Source of the DNA: Alphaproteobacteria bacterium
Lineage (GTDB): Bacteria > Pseudomonadota > Alphaproteobacteria > JBFXJJ01
Direction of reading: 5' to 3'
DNA length: 64,000 bases
Assembly: GCA_050175015.1 (NCBI GenBank)
Contig: JBFXJJ010000005.1
Span: 1-64,000 of the forward strand
Made by a program: the position numbers and the translations under genes. Of this stretch, positions 22,101 through 31,696 are shown piece by piece. Below the pieces are notes generated by a model, which was given only the letters and a program-made list of their open reading frames with translations, was not told where the DNA came from and searched no databases. Each line of letters opens with the position of its first letter. Position 1 is the stretch's first letter.

Positions 22101-22261
22101 AGATATTAGCTGCAAAAAATAAAAAGTAAATAAGAATTTATTATTTAAAATAAAAAATTTAATTTTGCTTTTTTATAATATGCTTGCTTAAGGTGTTTTC
22201 TCTTTGCTATGCTACAAGTTCTTAAAATTTATCAGTCATTAATAAAATAAAGGAATAAAAA

Positions 22262-23188
22262 ATGAGAGTAGTAATTGCTCTTGGCGGTAACGCCCTTATT
22301 AGACGTGGGGAAAAAGCTGAAGCTTCAACCCAGATGAAAAATATTGATATTGCTTGTAAATCAATCTCTGAAATTGCTAAAGAGCACCAAGTGGTTTTAA
22401 CACACGGAAACGGTCCTCAAGTTGGGCTTTTAGCTTTACAGGCAGATTCTTATAAAGACGTAACACCTTATCCTCTAGATGTTCTTGGCGCTGAAACCCA
22501 AGGTATGATTGGTTATATGCTTGATCAAAGTTTAGAAAATCTTATGCCAAATCAAAAAATTGCAATTATTCTTACGCAGATAGAAGTTGACCCTAATGAC
22601 AACGCATTCAAAAATCCAACAAAACCTATCGGTCCAGTCTATGATCAAGCAACAGCAGAAAAACTAGCAGCAGATAGAGGCTGGACTATTGCTCCTGATG
22701 GTAATTATTTTAGAAGAGTTGTTCCATCACCAGAGCCTATGGAAATTGTTGAAAAGAGATCTATTAATCTCTTAGTTGAAAATGATGTTTTGGTTGTTTG
22801 CAACGGCGGTGGCGGTATTCCCGTTATGAAACAAAATGATGGCAAATTAAAAGGCATTGAAGCCGTTATTGATAAAGATCGTGCTGCAGCATTACTTGCT
22901 AAAGAAGTTAAAGCTGATGCTCTTGTTATTTTAACAGATGCTGAAGCTGTTGCGACCGATTGGGGTAAACCTGATTCTAAAAACATTAAAACCGCATCTC
23001 CAGAAGATATGAAGCAATGGAAATTCCCTGCTGGTTCAATGGGACCTAAAGTTGATGCTTGCTGTGCTTATGCTAAAGCTAATCCAAAAGGAATTGCCTG
23101 CATAGGAAGGTTAGAAGATGCGCTTGATATTTTAGCAGGTAAAAAAGGCACGATTATTAAATCTGATGCTAAACTTACCTATTACTAA
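22262..23188 (+). CDS. arcC: Carbamate kinase
   Basis: ALGGNAL, THGNGPQVG, PTKPIGP, RRVVPSP, EAVIDKD, GSMGPK. Confidence 0.96.
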   Translation: MRVVIALGGNALIRRGEKAEASTQMKNIDIACKSISEIAKEHQVVLTHGNGPQVGLLALQADSYKDVTPYPLDVLGAETQGMIGYMLDQSLENLMPNQKIAIILTQIEVDPNDNAFKNPTKPIGPVYDQATAEKLAADRGWTIAPDGNYFRRVVPSPEPMEIVEKRSINLLVENDVLVVCNGGGGIPVMKQNDGKLKGIEAVIDKDRAAALLAKEVKADALVILTDAEAVATDWGKPDSKNIKTASPEDMKQWKFPAGSMGPKVDACCAYAKANPKGIACIGRLEDALDILAGKKGTIIKSDAKLTYY

Positions 23189-23210
23189 ATATCAGTAATA
23201 TTTTGAATTT

Positions 23211-23246
23211 AAAAAGCTTCTAAAAATTTTTTTAGAAGCTTTTTTT
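23211..23246 (+). terminator. Intrinsic terminator after arcC
   Basis: AAAAAGCTTCTAAA...TTTAGAAGCTTTTT inverted repeat with T tract. Confidence 0.75.
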
Positions 23247-23306
23247 ATTTTTTTGCCAAATAAATGTTATATTAAATAAAAAACTTTTCTATTCTGGGAA
23301 AAAATA

Positions 23307-24251
23307 ATGTTTCATATTTTGTTGGTAGCTCTTTTTTTTAGTTTCTTATCTATTTCATCATTTGCAGGAGATGCCTCTATTACAATGAAAGAAGCGTTTC
23401 CAAGTGAAAAAACAACGGAAAACCTCCAAGATAATGATGATAATTTACGGGCTATAATTGATAAAACTTTTTTAGACGCAGAACAGGGAGATGTAAAATC
23501 TCAGTTTGCTTTAGGCGCACTTTACGCCAATGGAAAAGGAGTAGAGCAAGATTTCAAAAAAGCGCTTTATTGGTATAGAAAGGCAGCAGAGCAGGGATAT
23601 GCAAGAGCACAGTTTATAATAGGTCTTAGCTATTATCGCGGACAAGGGGAGAAACAGGATTATCAGAAAGCGATAAAATGGTTTAAATTATCAGCCGAAA
23701 ATGGGGACACTTTAGCTCAATATAAGCTGGGCGATATGTATTATAGCGGTGATGGTGTAACTTTAAATTATCAGGAAGCATTTAGGTGGTTTAGTGTGGC
23801 AGCTAAAGCTGGGACTAGTGCCGCCCAAATAGACTTGGGATATATGTATAGCAATGGTTTAGGTGTTACACAAAATTATAATGAGGCTCTAAAATGGTTT
23901 AAATTAGCCGCAGAACAGGGAAATGCTGCGGGATATTTTAATCTTGGCTTGGCCTACGAAAGAGGAAAAGGGGTATCTAAGGATATTTCAAAAGCAATAT
24001 CATATTATGAAACTGCGGCTCAAAACGGTTATGCCGCAGCTTCATATAACTTAGGCGCTCTTTACGGTGTTGGAGAACTAGTTAAACAAGATAATATCAA
24101 TGCTTACCTATGGTTTTCTGTTGCTCTATATCAAGGAATGCCATCTTGCCAGAAGCAAATTATTAGCCTTGAAAGCGTTATGAATAAAACTCAAATCAAA
24201 AAAGCTAAAGAGCTGTTTGAAGATTGGAAAAAACATAATATTTCTGAATAA
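23307..24251 (+). CDS. Exported Sel1-like repeat protein
   Basis: Signal peptide; about six 36-aa AQ..LG..Y..G.GV..D...A..W...AA..G repeats. Confidence 0.92.
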   Translation: MFHILLVALFFSFLSISSFAGDASITMKEAFPSEKTTENLQDNDDNLRAIIDKTFLDAEQGDVKSQFALGALYANGKGVEQDFKKALYWYRKAAEQGYARAQFIIGLSYYRGQGEKQDYQKAIKWFKLSAENGDTLAQYKLGDMYYSGDGVTLNYQEAFRWFSVAAKAGTSAAQIDLGYMYSNGLGVTQNYNEALKWFKLAAEQGNAAGYFNLGLAYERGKGVSKDISKAISYYETAAQNGYAAASYNLGALYGVGELVKQDNINAYLWFSVALYQGMPSCQKQIISLESVMNKTQIKKAKELFEDWKKHNISE

Positions 24252-24254
24252 AAA

Positions 24255-25469
24255 TTATATTTTTAATTTTATCAGTCTTATTAATGGATATATTGCCAGC
24301 AAAACAAAAACGGTTGCAATCATAAACGTTATTTGAACTCCCGCATTATCCAAAAGCGGTTTAAGTGTCATCATTGAAAGTCCTGAAAAAATTCTAAAAA
24401 ACATTTCTTTAACGGATAAAACCGTTGCTCTTTCATCAGATTTAATGCGGTTGTTCACCATAGATGATGTAACGAGCCTTAACGCTATTTGAGAGCCTGC
24501 CGCCATACCGATTAAAATAAGTAAGGTAAACAAAATTATTTTATTAGAAACGAGGCAAACCAAATTGGCAGAAAGAAACCCTATGATTAAAATTATGAAT
24601 AAAACAACCGCAAATTTATTTGTTTTTAGCGTACTAAACAGATAATGCGAAAATTTGGCAAAAAATGCTCTAAATATCTGATTGCTGGCAACAATAAAGC
24701 CAAAAATTGATACCGAAATTCCAGAAATATCCATCAAAGGCTGTAAGCTCCAAAACAGAATGCTTGTACCTGTGCCAAAAAAAGCAGGAAAAATCATAAG
24801 CCATTTAATTTCGTGGTGTTTAGAAGCATAAATTACAATGTTAATAATATCGCGCCACCTGCTAATGCCTGTTTCAATTTGCCTTAAATCATCATTAAGC
24901 TCCGGAAGAAAAAACATCAGAACAAGAGCTATCGTAACAGCACTAATATCCATTAAAATAATAAAATCTGTTCCAAATTTACTATAAATAATGCCACCAA
25001 AAAAAGTGGCAGCCGCAATCCCAAAGGCTGACATTGTTTCTAATCGTCCTTGTATCTTAATATAGCAATCCTCCATCTTCTGTTTCTTTAGAACATCATA
25101 GAGGTAAGCTTCTGAGGTACCAGAATATAAAGCACAACCTAAAGATAAAAACATCTCGCCTGTTAAAATGGGGAAGAAGCCACTCATAAAATAAAAGAAG
25201 AAATATCCCGTAAGATATGAAACAATGGAAAAAATCATAATCTTTTTACGAGAAAAGATGTCTCCCAAATAACCTGTTGGAATCTCTAAAACAAACATTG
25301 CTATAGCAAAGATACCTTGAAATAGAAAAAAGTCTCCTAAGGTTAATCCCTTGTTTTGATATATTAAGGTGATTACGGGCAGGGTAAACATTAATAAATT
25401 AAAAAATCGTCCCCACATCAAAATGTTATGGGCATTTTTTAAACGGTTTTCATAACTTAAATTAAACAT
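24255..25469 (-). CDS. MFS transporter (efflux-like)
   Basis: About 12 hydrophobic segments; EIPTGYLGDIFSRK, SGTSEAYLYD, RATVLS. Confidence 0.9.
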   Translation of the reverse strand: MFNLSYENRLKNAHNILMWGRFFNLLMFTLPVITLIYQNKGLTLGDFFLFQGIFAIAMFVLEIPTGYLGDIFSRKKIMIFSIVSYLTGYFFFYFMSGFFPILTGEMFLSLGCALYSGTSEAYLYDVLKKQKMEDCYIKIQGRLETMSAFGIAAATFFGGIIYSKFGTDFIILMDISAVTIALVLMFFLPELNDDLRQIETGISRWRDIINIVIYASKHHEIKWLMIFPAFFGTGTSILFWSLQPLMDISGISVSIFGFIVASNQIFRAFFAKFSHYLFSTLKTNKFAVVLFIILIIGFLSANLVCLVSNKIILFTLLILIGMAAGSQIALRLVTSSMVNNRIKSDERATVLSVKEMFFRIFSGLSMMTLKPLLDNAGVQITFMIATVFVLLAIYPLIRLIKLKI

Positions 25470-25635
25470 CTCGCACCTTAATGGTATTGTTATATTTTAA
25501 AACAGTATTGCTAAATTTAATTATTTTTATAAGGCTTATAAAAACAAAAAGAGGTAGCTTCTTTGTGATATTTCTTATCTACTTTAGCCCGTATTACTAC
25601 AAAGCTTTTGACAATTTGCCAAAGTTTTTTTGCAT

Positions 25636-25665
25636 ATAGTAAAATCTTTTAAAAGATAATGTCAA
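25636..25665 (-). promoter_or_regulatory. Sigma70-like promoter for the MFS gene
   Basis: TTGACA-18 nt-TACTAT on the minus strand. Confidence 0.5.
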
Positions 25666-25768
25666 AAAACAAACTTTTCATATGATTTCAATTAAGGCAA
25701 CTTTAGTTCATTTTAATAATCAACGTATTTTGGTTTGGCTATACTTATTGAAATTAAACTACAGATAC

Positions 25769-25800
25769 AAAAAAGCCCCTGTTTTTTAAAGGGGCTTTTT
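25769..25800. terminator. Bidirectional-type intrinsic terminator after the 220-aa gene
   Basis: AAAAAAGCCCCT...AGGGGCTTTTT. Confidence 0.85.
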
Positions 25801-25828
25801 GAATAAAAATAAATCTTAAAGTTTAAAA

Positions 25829-26491
25829 CTATCTGCCATTTGCTCTTTGAGCAGCAATAATATTAGAGGCATTAGTTTTCTGTTGGACTTCTTGTTTAAC
25901 TTTATCCATAGACCCAGGTCTATAAGTATAAGAATAAGTTGTTTGAGGCACTATCATAGTTGAAGTTGTTTTGCCATTAGATATAACGATAGGAACCATA
26001 ATAGTGCTGCTTTGTTCTTCGAAGCAACTATTATAAACAGCTTCTTTAGTTTCTTTAGCAATATAATATTCTCCACTGTTTTTAGCGGTTTTTCCTTCAG
26101 CTTTAAGGGCTTCTTTTTTTGCTTCCCAGCTAGATGAAATGCTTTTTTCTGCTAAACTGCCGTCATCTTTGTTGGGCGAAGCTTTTTTTAGCTCATCAAA
26201 GTTGCTAACAATGTTTTGTTTCATACTATATTCGATATTCATTGTTTCTGTAGCCGAAATGCTGCTTTTCATAGTGTTGATTTCTTCACGAGAAGGTCCA
26301 CAGCCAGTTAAAGACGCAACAAGAACAACTCCAGCCGCTAAAACGGTAGCTTTACGGCATAATTTAGAAAAACGAGATTTTTCTTTGGCGGCCTCTGTTT
26401 CTTTTTTAGCGCCCATAATACCGCTTGCGTAAGCGATAACTTTCTTTCCCGCAGCAAAATTTTTGACTCTTAATTCGGCACTTTGACTCAT
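25829..26491 (-). CDS. Hypothetical protein with an internal lipoprotein-like signal
   Basis: SD AGGAGG; hydrophobic segment ending in LTGC at residue ~64; own terminator. Confidence 0.8.
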   Translation of the reverse strand: MSQSAELRVKNFAAGKKVIAYASGIMGAKKETEAAKEKSRFSKLCRKATVLAAGVVLVASLTGCGPSREEINTMKSSISATETMNIEYSMKQNIVSNFDELKKASPNKDDGSLAEKSISSSWEAKKEALKAEGKTAKNSGEYYIAKETKEAVYNSCFEEQSSTIMVPIVISNGKTTSTMIVPQTTYSYTYRPGSMDKVKQEVQQKTNASNIIAAQRANGR

Positions 26492-26601
26492 AATATTATC
26501 CTCCTGATACTCTCAATAATAAAAGGTTTAAACAGAAAAATTTAAAAAATAGTATCAGGTCAATAGTGTTTTTTGTCAATAAAATTTTACGTAGTTTGTC
26601 A

Positions 26602-28314
26602 TCATTTTATCACTTGAAATTTATCGACGTCGACAAGTCCCAAGTCTGTTATTTTTAAATGAGGAATTACGGAAAGCGGCAAAAAAGCTAATTGCAAGAA
26701 AGGTTCGTTAAGCGTTGTTCCAAGTTCTTTAACGCCACTTCTAAGTAATTTCAACTGTTCTGCAACTTTCGTATACGGCAAGTTCGACATTAAACCGCCC
26801 ACAGGCAAGGCTAAAGACGCAATTATTTGGCCATTTTTAGCACAGACAAAGCCGCCACCGTTTTCTATCAGGTAATTTACAGCCATAGCCATATCATTAT
26901 CGTTCGTTCCAATAACGCAAAGATTATGGCTGTCGTGTCCTACAGTTGACGCAATCGCACCTTCTTTTAAACCAAAACCCTTAACAAATCCTCGTCCTAT
27001 ATTATGATTATGACCGTGTCTGGCAAATACACAAACTTTGGAGATATCTTCTTTTATATCAGTAAGTTTAACACCATCTTTAATGTTAAGGTTTATGTTT
27101 AAATCATCTGTAATGATAGAGCCTTCTGTAATTCCAATCACTCTGGTTGAAGATTTTTCATCTCTAATAACGAAATCGTCGCAAGAAACAGGTGATAGTT
27201 TTACTGAGTTTAGACCGATGTTTTGTTTATTAAATTCTTTTCTTTTGTCAAAAACGGTATCGTCAATTAAAACGCCGTTGCAAATAACTTTTTGAACATC
27301 ACATTTTTCTAAAGAGCCTATTAAAACAATATCGGCACGGTAACCTGGTGCTACAAGTCCTCTATCTCTAAGCCCAAAGGCTTTAGCTGCCGAATAAGAA
27401 GCCGCTCGGTAAGCAGCAAGAGGCTCGACGCCTAATGAAATTAATTTTCTAATGATAAAATCAATATGACCTTCCTTAGCGATTTCTAAAGGATTTCTAT
27501 CATCAGTACAAAGAGCCATAAAAGGGGAGGTTTTGGTGTTTAGGACAGGAAATAGTGCTTGAATGTCTTTGCATACGCTTCCTTCCCTTATAAAAACCAT
27601 CATTCCTTTATTAATTTTTTCCTGTGCTTCTTCTTTCGACGTTGTTTCGTGGCAATTATTGATGCCTACGGCACAGTAAGCGTTTAAATCCTTTCCTCTG
27701 ACTAACGGGCTGTGTCCGTCTATATATTTGCCATAAAATAATTCTAATTTATTAAGGCAGGTTTCATCTTTCATAAAAATTCCAGGAAAATTCATAAATT
27801 CAGCAAGTCCAATAACTTTGCGATGATTCATAAAAGTTTTTAAATCGTCTAATGTTATTTCGCCGCCAGATGTTTCCAGCGGGCTTGCAGGTACGCAGGA
27901 ACTTAACTGAACTCTTAAGTCCATAACCATTGTTTCGGAAGCATCTAAAAAATACTCGATAGCGGTTTTGCCTAACACATTACTTAACTCGTGAGGGTCA
28001 CAGACTGCGGTTGTTGTGCCGTGGGGTAAAACGCATTTTTCAAATTCTCGAGGTGTTAAAAGTGATGATTCAATGTGTAGGTGGCTGTCAATAAATCCTG
28101 GAACCGCAATTAATCCTTTAGCATCAATTTCGGTTTTACCTTCATATTTTTCTCCAATACCCACGATTTTTTCATCGCAAATAGCAATATCGCCATTAAT
28201 CATATCGCCTGTTGCAAGTGAAAAAACAGAAGCGTTTTTTATAACCAAATCGCAAGGCTCATTTGATCTGGCTTGATCAATAATATTGCATAATTTTTGT
28301 TTAATTGGAGACAT
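26602..28314 (-). CDS. ade: Adenine deaminase
   Basis: DSHLHIES, DPHE, EFMN, DGHSP, CTDD, HDSHN. Confidence 0.95.
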   Translation of the reverse strand: MSPIKQKLCNIIDQARSNEPCDLVIKNASVFSLATGDMINGDIAICDEKIVGIGEKYEGKTEIDAKGLIAVPGFIDSHLHIESSLLTPREFEKCVLPHGTTTAVCDPHELSNVLGKTAIEYFLDASETMVMDLRVQLSSCVPASPLETSGGEITLDDLKTFMNHRKVIGLAEFMNFPGIFMKDETCLNKLELFYGKYIDGHSPLVRGKDLNAYCAVGINNCHETTSKEEAQEKINKGMMVFIREGSVCKDIQALFPVLNTKTSPFMALCTDDRNPLEIAKEGHIDFIIRKLISLGVEPLAAYRAASYSAAKAFGLRDRGLVAPGYRADIVLIGSLEKCDVQKVICNGVLIDDTVFDKRKEFNKQNIGLNSVKLSPVSCDDFVIRDEKSSTRVIGITEGSIITDDLNINLNIKDGVKLTDIKEDISKVCVFARHGHNHNIGRGFVKGFGLKEGAIASTVGHDSHNLCVIGTNDNDMAMAVNYLIENGGGFVCAKNGQIIASLALPVGGLMSNLPYTKVAEQLKLLRSGVKELGTTLNEPFLQLAFLPLSVIPHLKITDLGLVDVDKFQVIK

Positions 28315-28414
28315 TATTTATTCGTCCTTTCTTTAATTTGATTTCAGTCAATTACAAGATACCGTTTTGCTTATAATAATAAACATTATTTCATTTTTAT
28401 TGTAGGGGAAAATT

Positions 28415-28747
28415 ATGAATAACCATAAAAATATTGCATCATCTAAGGTTTTTGAAGCTATAGAATTAGTTAATTATACAGAAGATGGTATTGTAAGTAG
28501 AATTATATGTGAAAATGGAGTTAACAGTGTAACAATAATGGCTTTTGATGAAAAGCAAGCTCTCAGCGAACATACGGTTCCATTCAATGCTTTGGTTTAT
28601 GTTGTAGATGGTACAGGTGAATTTACTATAGGATACGATAAATATATTCTAAAGGCAGGGCAGATAATATTAATGCCAGCTAATATGCCCCATTCAGTGA
28701 ATGCTTTGAGTCAGTTCAAAATGATTTTAACTATGCTTAGAAGCTAG
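28415..28747 (+). CDS. Cupin domain protein
   Basis: LSEHT..A...V.DG and MPANMPH cupin motifs. Confidence 0.88.
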   Translation: MNNHKNIASSKVFEAIELVNYTEDGIVSRIICENGVNSVTIMAFDEKQALSEHTVPFNALVYVVDGTGEFTIGYDKYILKAGQIILMPANMPHSVNALSQFKMILTMLRS

Positions 28748-28755
28748 ATTTTTGC

Positions 28756-28784
28756 TTGACTTTTTACGTTTATATATTTATAAG
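28756..28784 (+). promoter_or_regulatory. Sigma70-like promoter for the ABC-F gene
   Basis: TTGACT-17 nt-TATAAG. Confidence 0.55.
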
Positions 28785-28818
28785 GCTTTTCATATTTAAC
28801 TTTTATGAGGTTAGTCCA

Positions 28819-28836
28819 ATGAGAATGTCTCTTTAA
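28819..28836 (+). promoter_or_regulatory. Candidate leader peptide MRMSL
   Basis: GAGG 8 nt upstream of ATG; its 3' end is complementary to the ABC-F ribosome-binding region. Confidence 0.45.
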
Positions 28837-28942
28837 AAAAAGCCCAGAATCTAAATAGGGCTCAAGGCTTTGAAACGATTAGTTTTTCAGTTTTGTTATT
28901 AAGTTGTCCTGTTTTAATTTTTTTTAAAAAAGAGATGTTTTA

Positions 28943-30376
28943 ATGTTTCATAAACCTATTAGACTGAGTGGTCTCAGTCTTTATTTTCCCCATAAAATAT
29001 GTTTTGAAGATTTTTCAGCTATTATTAACTATGGCACCAAAATTGCTATTATGGGGCGTAATGGCTGCGGCAAATCGAGCCTTATTAAAAGTATTGCAAA
29101 ACAAGGCAATGATGTTGGCGGTGATATTATTATACCTAATGACGCCGTTGTTAGCTTAATCCCCCAAGTTATTAATAATTATGATACTTTTAGCGGGGGC
29201 GAGCGTTTTAACAAAAGTCTTACCGAGGCTTTACTTTCCAACCCTAATGTTTTGCTTCTTGATGAGCCGACCAATCATCTTGATGTTCATAATAGACAAT
29301 CATTAATGCGTATGCTTAACAATTTTGATGCTACGGTAATTGTGGTAACTCACGATGTCGAGCTGCTTAGAAATGTTGATATTATATGGCATATTGATAA
29401 TGGCAAAATTAAGACCTTTGCTGGCAATTACGATGACTATATAAGAGAAAACCGTGTAGAATATGCAAAAATTGAAAGGAAGCTTCAACTTTTGGGTTAT
29501 GAACAAAAGATGGTTCATGAATCTATTATGAAAGAGCAGAAAAGGTCATCAGAAAGTGCGGCTCGAGGCAGGAAAAATGTTGCTAATAATAAATGGCAAA
29601 AAATAGTTGGCAATTCGAAAGCTTCTCAAGGGGAGAAAACCTCGGGACGAAAGAAAAAGCAGATTGAAGCTCAGAAGCAAGATATTATGCAAAAAAAAGC
29701 CGACCTTTATCTGCCCGAGAATATTTTGCCTAAATTCCATTTTGATAATAATAATGGGTATATGAATTCTATAGCGATAAGCGATGGCGCTGTAGGTTAT
29801 GATGACGAGGTTATCCTCAAAGATATTAATTTTTCGATTGCCTCAAAAGCTCGATTGGCGATTAAAGGCGACAACGGCAGTGGCAAAACAACCTTAATAA
29901 AAGCAATCTTAAACCATTCCAATATTGCTAAAAAAGGCGATTGGCTGGTTGGTGATGCCAAACATATAGGTTATTTAGACCAGCATTACAGCCTTTTGGA
30001 TCCAGAAAAGACGGTATTGGAAACAATAAAAGATGTGGTTCCAAATTGGGATTTATCAGATATTAGGAAGCATCTTAATGATTTTTTATTCAGAAAAAAT
30101 GAAGAAGTTAATATTTTGGTTAAAAACATTTCTGGAGGCGAAAAAGCTCGGCTAAATTTGGCTTTAATAGCGGCTAAAACACCAAGGTTTTTAATCTTAG
30201 ATGAAATTACTAACAATATTGATTTAGAGACAAGAAACCATATCATTAGTGTTCTTAATCAATATCAAGGTGCGATTTTAGCGGTTTCTCACGATGAGGA
30301 CTTTTTAAAAGAAATCAAAATCAATGATTTTTATATTATAAAAAATCAGAGGTTAGAGCAGATATTTTATTTTTGA
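28943..30376 (+). CDS. ABC-F family ATPase (ribosomal-protection-like)
   Basis: Two ABC domains (GRNGCGKS/SGGE/LLLDEPTNHLD; GDNGSGKT/SGGE/LDEITNNID), long basic linker, no TM segment. Confidence 0.92.
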   Translation: MFHKPIRLSGLSLYFPHKICFEDFSAIINYGTKIAIMGRNGCGKSSLIKSIAKQGNDVGGDIIIPNDAVVSLIPQVINNYDTFSGGERFNKSLTEALLSNPNVLLLDEPTNHLDVHNRQSLMRMLNNFDATVIVVTHDVELLRNVDIIWHIDNGKIKTFAGNYDDYIRENRVEYAKIERKLQLLGYEQKMVHESIMKEQKRSSESAARGRKNVANNKWQKIVGNSKASQGEKTSGRKKKQIEAQKQDIMQKKADLYLPENILPKFHFDNNNGYMNSIAISDGAVGYDDEVILKDINFSIASKARLAIKGDNGSGKTTLIKAILNHSNIAKKGDWLVGDAKHIGYLDQHYSLLDPEKTVLETIKDVVPNWDLSDIRKHLNDFLFRKNEEVNILVKNISGGEKARLNLALIAAKTPRFLILDEITNNIDLETRNHIISVLNQYQGAILAVSHDEDFLKEIKINDFYIIKNQRLEQIFYF

Positions 30377-30499
30377 GGATTTGCCCTTATTTGGGCGATT
30401 TGAGCTAAATTTCTATCCACAAACCGTGTCATTGTTTTTGAAAATTTATAAAGGGTGTGCTAAAAATTTTTTTTAAACCACTTTCAATATTTTAGAGGA

Positions 30500-31567
30500 A
30501 TGCTAAAAATGAGAATAGAGCGAGATTTAAAATTGGATTTTAAAGATGTTCTTTTTAGACCAAAGAGAAGTACCTTAAAATCACGCTCCGAAGTTGATTT
30601 AACTAGAAATTTTGTTTTCAGAAACAGCGGCAATAACTGGAGCGGAGTTCCTGTTGTTGCAGCCAATATGGATACTGTCGGAACAATGGAAATTTTTAGA
30701 GCTCTTTTAAATTTCGATTTGTTTACCTGCCTTCATAAACATTATAATAATGATGAAATTTATGAATTTTCTAAAACTTTAGAAGCTGCAAATTATCAAA
30801 AATTTGCTATTTCGACTGGCACTTCAGATAATGATTATGAAAAAATCAAAACCGTTATTGGTAAAATTCCCCAAATAGCATTCATTTGTATTGATGTTGC
30901 TAATGGCTATAGCCAGCATTTTGTTGATTTTGTAAAGAAAGTTAGAGCCGATTTTCCAACAAAAAATATTATCGCAGGTAACGTTGTTACTGGTGAAATG
31001 ACAGAAGAACTTTTATTATCTGGAGCAGATATTGTAAAAGTAGGCATTGGCCCAGGTTCCGTTTGTACAACCAGAATTAAAACTGGTGTGGGGTATCCGC
31101 AGCTTTCCGCTATTATTGAATGTGCAGATTCTGCTCACGGTTTGGGCGGTCATATTATTGCTGATGGCGGCTGTACTTGTCCTGGTGATGTTTCTAAAGC
31201 TTTTGGAGCTGGAGCAGACTTTGTGATGCTTGGTGGTATGTTTGCAGGACATGACGAGTCTGGCGGTGATATTGTTGCCGATGAGAAAAATCCTGATAAA
31301 AAATACAAGTGTTTTTATGGTATGAGTTCTGATACCGCTATGAAAAAATATTCAGGCGGAGTTGCAGAATATCGTGCTAGTGAAGGTCGTACAGTTAAAG
31401 TCGACTATAGAGGTCCTGTTGAAAATACGGTAAAAGATATTTTGGGCGGAATTCGTTCAACTTGTACCTATGTTGGCGCAAAAACTTTAAAAGAACTTAG
31501 CAAAAGAACAACGTTTGTCAGAGTTACACAACAGTTTAATACGCAAATGATTGATAAAGAAATCTAA
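30500..31567 (+). CDS. guaC: GMP reductase (type 1); start may be 30509
   Basis: [44 protein letters not shown]. Confidence 0.96.
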   Translation: MLKMRIERDLKLDFKDVLFRPKRSTLKSRSEVDLTRNFVFRNSGNNWSGVPVVAANMDTVGTMEIFRALLNFDLFTCLHKHYNNDEIYEFSKTLEAANYQKFAISTGTSDNDYEKIKTVIGKIPQIAFICIDVANGYSQHFVDFVKKVRADFPTKNIIAGNVVTGEMTEELLLSGADIVKVGIGPGSVCTTRIKTGVGYPQLSAIIECADSAHGLGGHIIADGGCTCPGDVSKAFGAGADFVMLGGMFAGHDESGGDIVADEKNPDKKYKCFYGMSSDTAMKKYSGGVAEYRASEGRTVKVDYRGPVENTVKDILGGIRSTCTYVGAKTLKELSKRTTFVRVTQQFNTQMIDKEI

Positions 31568-31597
31568 GTTTTCTTTTCTAATTTTAAAATAAAAAAC

Positions 31598-31636
31598 AAG
31601 GTGCTGTTAAAAAAAACTTGATTTTTGCAGCACCTT
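31598..31636 (+). terminator. Hairpin after guaC, overlapping the next promoter
   Basis: AAGGTGCTG...CAGCACCTT; TTGATT and TGnTATAAC overlap it. Confidence 0.55.
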
Positions 31637-31646
31637 TGTTATAACT

Positions 31647-31674
31647 AAAAAAGTTTTAGTAATCAAACTTTTTT
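31647..31674. promoter_or_regulatory. Palindromic operator, probably for the adjacent DtxR/MntR regulator
   Basis: AAAAAAGTTT-TAGTAATC-AAACTTTTTT directly after the -10 element. Confidence 0.6.
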
Positions 31675-31696
31675 TAAAGTATCAAAAGTAAATAAT

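Noticed and set aside
22101-22261. ArgR boxes between the decarboxylase and arcC
   Set aside because: Only generic AT-rich sequence; no TGAAT-N4-ATTCA match.
25545-25625. c-di-GMP-I riboswitch (GGCAAA, AAAGCU, GGGCUAAA and AGCUACC fragments)
   Set aside because: No GAAA-capped P1 stem or GACGC; the resemblance is superficial.
25597-25635. Leader peptide MQKNFGKLSKAL
   Set aside because: Its ATG abuts the predicted -10 element, so it would lie upstream of the transcription start; no SD.
30380-30445. Purine riboswitch before guaC (TTTCTA...CCGT)
   Set aside because: Lacks P1, the UAUA junction and the AUGG loop; the GCCC/GGGC hairpin is better read as the ABC-F terminator.
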